Below are positions 32,447 through 36,825 of a DNA stretch of 36,825 bases, piece after piece; the stretch's first letter is position 1; the number at the start of each line of letters is the position of its first letter. The DNA comes from a virus. The notes under the pieces were generated by a model. The model ran no database searches. It was not told the origin of the DNA and saw only the letters and a list, made by a program, of their open reading frames with translations. The translations under genes and the position numbers were made by a program. The DNA is taken from the IMG/VR virus record IMGVR_UViG_3300017598_000616, positions 1 through 36,825 of that record; one strand, given 5' to 3'.

Positions 32447-32832
32447 TTTTATTTAAACATGAGAGAGATAGAGAGTTGATATTCGGAATCCAGCCTATAT
32501 TATTTATGATCCTACTAGATATGAGTATCTATGCAAAAGAGAAGCATGGGATAGATCTCACAGTCACGGCTACTTCATCTACTGAAGAAGAAGATCTTAA
32601 GCTGGGGAGAAAATCATCAGCCCATAGAGAGAAGAGAGCTTTAGATATTAGAAGCAAGGATATAAATGTATATATCACTCAGGATATAGTAACTTATATT
32701 AATAATAAGGAAGAGTATAAGCATTATAGATACATGAGCTTCAGTGGAATAGAAAGATTAGCATATGTACATACAATGCCAGGCCAATCTGAGCATATCC
32801 ATTTGGCCTTAAATAGTAGATTTAAAATGTAA
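32443..32832 (+). CDS. Peptidase M15-family cell-wall hydrolase (endolysin or virion-associated lysin)
   Basis: SAHREKRALDIRS (SxHxxxxAxD zinc-ligand motif) plus the C-terminal EHIHLAL histidine motif, typical of VanY / L-Ala-D-Glu peptidase-type enzymes. Confidence 0.7.
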   Translation: MILFKHERDRELIFGIQPILFMILLDMSIYAKEKHGIDLTVTATSSTEEEDLKLGRKSSAHREKRALDIRSKDINVYITQDIVTYINNKEEYKHYRYMSFSGIERLAYVHTMPGQSEHIHLALNSRFKM

Positions 32833-32905
32833 ATAAAAAAGGGATCAAAAAAGTAAATACATCGCCAAATATACTTTACTTAAAAGATCCCCTACAGGAT
32901 GAGCC

Positions 32906-33712
32906 ATGAAGATATCAGAATTAGCCCTGCCTAGCAAGGGAGAAATTAATACTTATCACATAGCAGGGGATTGGCATACAGAAGCCATGAGCCTATCCTG
33001 CCTAAAGATTATGCTGGGCCAGGCCCAGAGCCTACCGAAAAAGAAAAGAAAATTAATTATCAATGGGGATTTTATAGATGCTCCTTTCCTTATGGAGAAG
33101 AGTGCTGATTTTAGAAAATGGATAAAGAGATCCGATGGGATGGAGGAATACTTCCTCCCTAAAGCTGAAGAAGAATTAGCATGGGCCAATACTGTATTAG
33201 ATAGACTCCAGAAGGTATATTCAGAGATCATTTTTATTGAAGGGAATCATGACTGGAGATATCGTAACTTCATGAATATAGCTCCAGGCCCTTATGCCCA
33301 TAATTTTGATTATAGACTCCAATTATCCCTAGATAAAAGGGGGATAAATTATGTTAATTATAATGACTGGCTGGATATTGGCCCAGATTGGACTATTACT
33401 CATGGCATGTACCATGGAACTACATGCCTAAAAAAGCATTATGAAGCGGCCAGAAGTAGAAATGTAATATTCTCTCATGTACATACTGATGCTAGGATGG
33501 CTTTTACAGGCAGGGGAGATACAATACATGCATACAGCCTCCCAGCCTTCTGTAATTTGAATCCACATTATATTAAAAATAGGGAGAATAACTGGGATAT
33601 GGGCTTCTCTACACTAAATGTAAGGCATGATGGAAAGGCCCACTATAATTCCTTTGTAATTAGAGATGATAAGTTGGTACTTCCCGATGGGAAGATAATA
33701 ACAGGCTATTAA
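32906..33712 (+). CDS. Calcineurin-like metallophosphoesterase
   Basis: Motifs in order: GDWH, INGDFID, GNHDWR, THGMYHG, FSHVH. Confidence 0.8.
   Translation: MKISELALPSKGEINTYHIAGDWHTEAMSLSCLKIMLGQAQSLPKKKRKLIINGDFIDAPFLMEKSADFRKWIKRSDGMEEYFLPKAEEELAWANTVLDRLQKVYSEIIFIEGNHDWRYRNFMNIAPGPYAHNFDYRLQLSLDKRGINYVNYNDWLDIGPDWTITHGMYHGTTCLKKHYEAARSRNVIFSHVHTDARMAFTGRGDTIHAYSLPAFCNLNPHYIKNRENNWDMGFSTLNVRHDGKAHYNSFVIRDDKLVLPDGKIITGY
33017..33025. repeat. GGCCWGGCC copy (GGCCAGGCC)
   Basis: Exact match. GGC-CAG-GCC (Gly-Gln-Ala). Confidence 0.95.
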
Positions 33713-34097
33713 TTTCTATCTGGGCCAGATCTATATCCCATGGATATTCAGATACATACAGCTTTTTTACAAATACATCATTTAGGCCCATGGCTTTAAA
33801 TAGCTTATCCTGCAGTATTTTTACATAATTATCTATATCTCCAGAGGCCTCATTGATTCTAGATTTATCTTTTATAAAAAAATTACTATTGAATATCTGT
33901 ATCTTTAATTCTAGAATATCTTTAGACAGATCAAAACCCTTCCCATAAGAAATTAATGCAGCCGCATTATCCTCTAAAAATAATCCCAACTCTTCATCGT
34001 AGGCCAGCCCTGCTCCTGTCTTTACTCTATGCCCAGATCTAGTATTCCGATAATATCCATTATATGAAAGGAGCTTAAAAGGGATTACTATCCTCAT
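33660..34097 (-). CDS. rusA: RusA-family Holliday junction resolvase
   Basis: SGDIDNYVKILQDKLFKAMGLNDVFV matches the RusA DxDNxxKxxxDxL signature. Last gene of the leftward arm. Confidence 0.75.
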   Translation of the reverse strand: MRIVIPFKLLSYNGYYRNTRSGHRVKTGAGLAYDEELGLFLEDNAAALISYGKGFDLSKDILELKIQIFNSNFFIKDKSRINEASGDIDNYVKILQDKLFKAMGLNDVFVKKLYVSEYPWDIDLAQIEINSLLLSSHREVPTYHL

Positions 34098-34291
34098 GCT
34101 TTCTTAATAGAGTAAGCTACAGATACTACTTCTCTGGTATTTATATCCATATTAGTAGCCCCATATAGTGATAGATTCTCAAGATCAGCCCCATTCTCTA
34201 TCTCTTTCTCTATAACTTCTATAATCTCTCTAGAAGAATAGGCCTCAAAAAAAGAGCCAGTCTCATGATTTAATAATATTAATTTATTCAT
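34094..34291 (-). CDS. Hypothetical protein, 65 aa
   Basis: ORF with 4-nt and 8-nt overlaps to its neighbours. Confidence 0.6.
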   Translation of the reverse strand: MNKLILLNHETGSFFEAYSSREIIEVIEKEIENGADLENLSLYGATNMDINTREVVSVAYSIKKA

Positions 34292-35573
34292 ATATTTTCC
34301 CTATATCCTTCTGCTTTCTATTTATCATATTAAATAATTTTCTATCAAATTCACTATTGAACATATAGTAATAGAAGCATTTTTTTAACTGCCCTATTCT
34401 CAGCATCCTTCTAATGGCCTGCTCTAAATCTGCTGGCACGAATGGGAAATCATTAAAGATCATGTAATTAGCTGAAGTGATATTATATCCAGTAGAAGCT
34501 GAGCCAATAGTGGCCACTAATACTCCTTCATCACTTGCATTAAAAGCATTAATAATATCATGCCTAGTATCTGCTGGCACAGTCCCATCTATATATTTTA
34601 CATCTAATTTCTTAGCTAATTCTCTGGCCGCATCTTGATGGCATGTAAATATTATTACTTTCTTATCCTGCTCTAATATATCCTTAGCAAATTTATAAGT
34701 ATCAGCTACTTTAGATAAGGCATTGGCAGCTTTCATACTCATATAAATAGGATCATCAGGATCTATTTTAAATCTATCGTAGGCAGCTTTAAGATCATCT
34801 TCATATTTCTTAGAAGCTTTATTCATTATATCAGTATGGATATCCTCAGGGAGATCTAATACTTCTGCTGCTCTCCTTCTGATATATACTCTCCCTACTA
34901 ATTCCTTCAGCTCGGGTATTCTCTTCACTCCATCAAATCTTACTATAGGTATTCTATTGACTTCAAAAGTCCTTTCATATGAGAATCTATGGCAAAATTT
35001 ATAATACAATCTATGGAAGGGCTTAAATTCTGGGAAGCTATCTCCATAGAAGCATATCTGTAGTAAGCTCCAAAATTCAGTCACTCTATTTTTAATAGGA
35101 GTCCCACTCATGAGCATCACTCTTTTAGGCTTCATCTCTTTTACTAGATTATGAAATATCATAGATCTGAGGGGAGTATGGCTCTTAAGATAGTGAGCTT
35201 CATCGGCTATTATCAGATCATAATATGGGATATCTTTCTTAAGGCATCTAAGCCTTTTAGATTTCTTTATTTTCTTAGTCTTTTTATTTACTATTTTCTC
35301 TATATCAAATTCTGCAAATTTATTGAGATCATGATAGCTGATCACATCAATGGCCAGGCCCTCAGTGAATTTCTCTATCTCTTCCAGCCAATTCTTTCTA
35401 AGGTAGGCTGGAGCTACTACTAGAGTCCTAGATTCAGTCTCTACTGCTACTGCTAATGAAGTGGCAGTCTTTCCTAGGCCCATCTCAAATCCATTGATAT
35501 GATAAGGATGAGAGAGTGCAAATTCCACTCCCTCATTTTGATGATCTAATAGCTTTCCTTTAAAAGTGGCCAT
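34284..35573 (-). CDS. SNF2-family (SF2) helicase/ATPase
   Basis: LLDHQNEGVEF, motif I GLGKT, motif II IADEAHYLKS, motif VI QAIRRMLRIGQ. Confidence 0.88.
   Translation of the reverse strand: MATFKGKLLDHQNEGVEFALSHPYHINGFEMGLGKTATSLAVAVETESRTLVVAPAYLRKNWLEEIEKFTEGLAIDVISYHDLNKFAEFDIEKIVNKKTKKIKKSKRLRCLKKDIPYYDLIIADEAHYLKSHTPLRSMIFHNLVKEMKPKRVMLMSGTPIKNRVTEFWSLLQICFYGDSFPEFKPFHRLYYKFCHRFSYERTFEVNRIPIVRFDGVKRIPELKELVGRVYIRRRAAEVLDLPEDIHTDIMNKASKKYEDDLKAAYDRFKIDPDDPIYMSMKAANALSKVADTYKFAKDILEQDKKVIIFTCHQDAARELAKKLDVKYIDGTVPADTRHDIINAFNASDEGVLVATIGSASTGYNITSANYMIFNDFPFVPADLEQAIRRMLRIGQLKKCFYYYMFNSEFDRKLFNMINRKQKDIGKIYE
35352..35360. repeat. GGCCWGGCC copy (GGCCAGGCC)
   Basis: Exact match. Coded GGC-CTG-GCC (Gly-Leu-Ala) on the minus strand in the SNF2 gene. 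Confidence 0.95.
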
Positions 35574-36475
35574 TAAGTCCTTTCTATTATTATCTTTTTT
35601 TCTTCTAGCATATTCTCATTAGTCTGGCCGTGGCATTGACTAAAGTACTCGCATGATTTAAAAAAAGCATTGCAGTAAGAATAATTCCTAGTAGGCTTAG
35701 CTCCAGCTCTCAGCTCTAAAGATCTTTTATGAAGTGCTAGGATCTCGGCCCTAGTCTCTTCAATCCTCATCAATTCCTTAGGGATAGTAATAAAGATAGC
35801 TTTTACATGCTTCTTCTCTACTAATCTCATAACATATTGATTGTAAGATTCTTTTGGCTGCTGCTTAGCTTTAGATTTAGTGCATACTAGATATCTAGTA
35901 CCCATAAATTTATCTGGATCTAGGTTATACTCTTCTGCTATCTCTTTAGAGAATGAAGCATATAAACATAGCTGCTGATTAGATGGAAGCTCAGCTATCT
36001 TAGAATCATAGAAAGTAGCTGCAGTCTTAAGATCTGAGATATACCATTCTCCAGTATTCTCATCTACTTCTATAGCATCTATGAATCCGATAATATCTGG
36101 ATTTTTAATAACATACTCACAGCCTACAACTTTTAAGCTCGATCCTTCTCTTAGTCTCAAATATTGAAGTACTTGAGCATGTACTAGCCCAGCTTCTTCT
36201 TCTTTAAGCCCAAAAGTCTGAACACAATATTCTAGATCCTCTATAATCTTCTTAGGCTTTAAGTGCATACTCATCTCTAGGATATGATGGAAAGAAGTAC
36301 CGATATTAAAATGAGAGTTATCTCTGGCCGCTGCATCTGCATCCTGCTCAGTTTTTTTCACTTTATAATGAGTATATCTTTGCTCACAATTCCCTAGGAG
36401 TTGAGAAGAAGAATAGGATAATCTAGCATCAGTAGGGGGAGCTATCCCCTCTACTGGCATCTCTACTTGCTTCAC
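35573..36475 (-). CDS. PD-(D/E)XK nuclease, Cas4/RecB-like, with a four-Cys cluster
   Basis: Core IDAIEV…ISDLKT. One N-terminal Cys (LGNCEQRY) plus C-terminal CNAFFKSCEYFSQC, as in Cas4/AddB-type Fe-S nucleases. Confidence 0.8.
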   Translation of the reverse strand: MKQVEMPVEGIAPPTDARLSYSSSQLLGNCEQRYTHYKVKKTEQDADAAARDNSHFNIGTSFHHILEMSMHLKPKKIIEDLEYCVQTFGLKEEEAGLVHAQVLQYLRLREGSSLKVVGCEYVIKNPDIIGFIDAIEVDENTGEWYISDLKTAATFYDSKIAELPSNQQLCLYASFSKEIAEEYNLDPDKFMGTRYLVCTKSKAKQQPKESYNQYVMRLVEKKHVKAIFITIPKELMRIEETRAEILALHKRSLELRAGAKPTRNYSYCNAFFKSCEYFSQCHGQTNENMLEEKKIIIERT

Positions 36476-36477
36476 TA

Positions 36478-36825
36478 CTAAGCCAGATCTTCAGGATCAG
36501 TATTATCTATTTTTGCTGCTGCAGGGGCTCTCAATTTTGCCTGTAATTCAAGATCTATGGCAGGACTCCAATTGTGGTATTTTACATCGTTCCCATCAGC
36601 ATCTTTCTTCCCATGGTAGTAAAGGCCACAAGGCATCCCTACTATAAACTCATCTTCTACAATTCTATTCATCACAGTATCTCCACTGATGATAAATTTC
36701 TTCCCATCTTTATCTTGGAAAGTATGATTAATAGATCCTGCAGTATTTGGATACTGAGATCTAGTATTCTCTCTAGATGAAACATAAGAATAATTTTCAA
36801 AAGCAAAAGCTTCTTCCTTTAATTC
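36478..36825 (-). CDS. C-terminal part of the junction-spanning ORF (continues from 166..1 of the circular map). Hypothetical; an SSB-like role is speculative.
   Basis: The frame is open from 36478 to the window end. The track stops at an internal GTG/ATG (36675). The acidic C-terminus …NTDPEDLA and the position next to the nuclease suggest a DNA-binding partner, but this is unverified. Confidence 0.6.
   Translation of the reverse strand, partial: ELKEEAFAFENYSYVSSRENTRSQYPNTAGSINHTFQDKDGKKFIISGDTVMNRIVEDEFIVGMPCGLYYHGKKDADGNDVKYHNWSPAIDLELQAKLRAPAAAKIDNTDPEDLA
36705..36825. repeat. Right copy of the 121-bp direct terminal repeat
   Basis: Identical to 1..121. Confidence 0.95.

Noticed and set aside
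32841-32891. Long imperfect hairpin (GGGATC…GATCCC with inner AAGTAAA/TTTACTT) after the M15 peptidase gene, considered as a terminator or structured RNA
   Set aside because: The stems are short and separated by unpaired A-runs, and no T-tract follows. The evidence is too weak to call.
32956-33231. Track ORF, 91 aa, on the minus strand
   Set aside because: It lies antisense inside the motif-supported metallophosphoesterase gene.
35151-35423. Track ORF, 90 aa, on the plus strand
   Set aside because: It lies antisense inside the SNF2 helicase gene.
36574-36780. Track ORF, 68 aa, on the plus strand
   Set aside because: It lies antisense inside the junction-spanning ORF and partly within the duplicated end.
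1-36825. Search for a lysogeny module, tRNAs, CRISPR arrays, phage RNA polymerase and nucleotide-hypermodification genes
   Set aside because: None was recognisable. There are no integrase or recombinase motifs, no cloverleaf-capable sequence in the few intergenic gaps, no spaced direct repeats and no single-subunit RNAP-sized ORF. A profile search could still reveal divergent members among the hypothetical proteins.

Overview
This window looks like one complete, low-GC (about one-third G+C by eye) tailed dsDNA phage genome. Its first 121 bp are repeated exactly at its last 121 bp, giving a unique length of about 36,704 bp, so it is circular, circularly permuted or terminally redundant. One ORF is only intact when the ends are joined.

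The genes form two arms that diverge from a 449-bp AT-rich control region (6790..7238).
- The leftward arm carries replication, recombination and DNA modification. In order it has an SF3 primase-helicase, family A DNA polymerase, C5-cytosine methyltransferase, small coupled ORFs and a metzincin-motif peptidase. Across the junction it continues with a Cas4-like PD-(D/E)XK nuclease, SNF2 helicase and RusA.
- The rightward arm carries packaging, siphovirus-type morphogenesis and lysis. It has TerS, TerL, portal, scaffold, capsid and a run of paralogous structural genes. These are followed by the tail tube, G/G-T chaperones with an A_AAA_AAG -1 frameshift site, tape measure, fibres and an M15 peptidase.
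- I found no integrase, repressor, tRNA, CRISPR array or reverse transcriptase.

The strongest unexplained signal is a highly iterated palindrome, GGCCWGGCC. It has 15 exact copies at 13 loci, all inside ORFs, in three codon phases. It sits in a CpG-poor, GGCC-rich genome that also encodes an orphan C5-methyltransferase.

Other notable points:
- a signal-peptide-bearing protein with a sugar-binding-like domain and three tail-collar repeats;
- a cassette of envelope-targeted small proteins inside the tail module;
- five tandem structural paralogues;
- two HExxH peptidase-motif genes.

All calls come from reading the sequence and motifs by eye. No database search was run.
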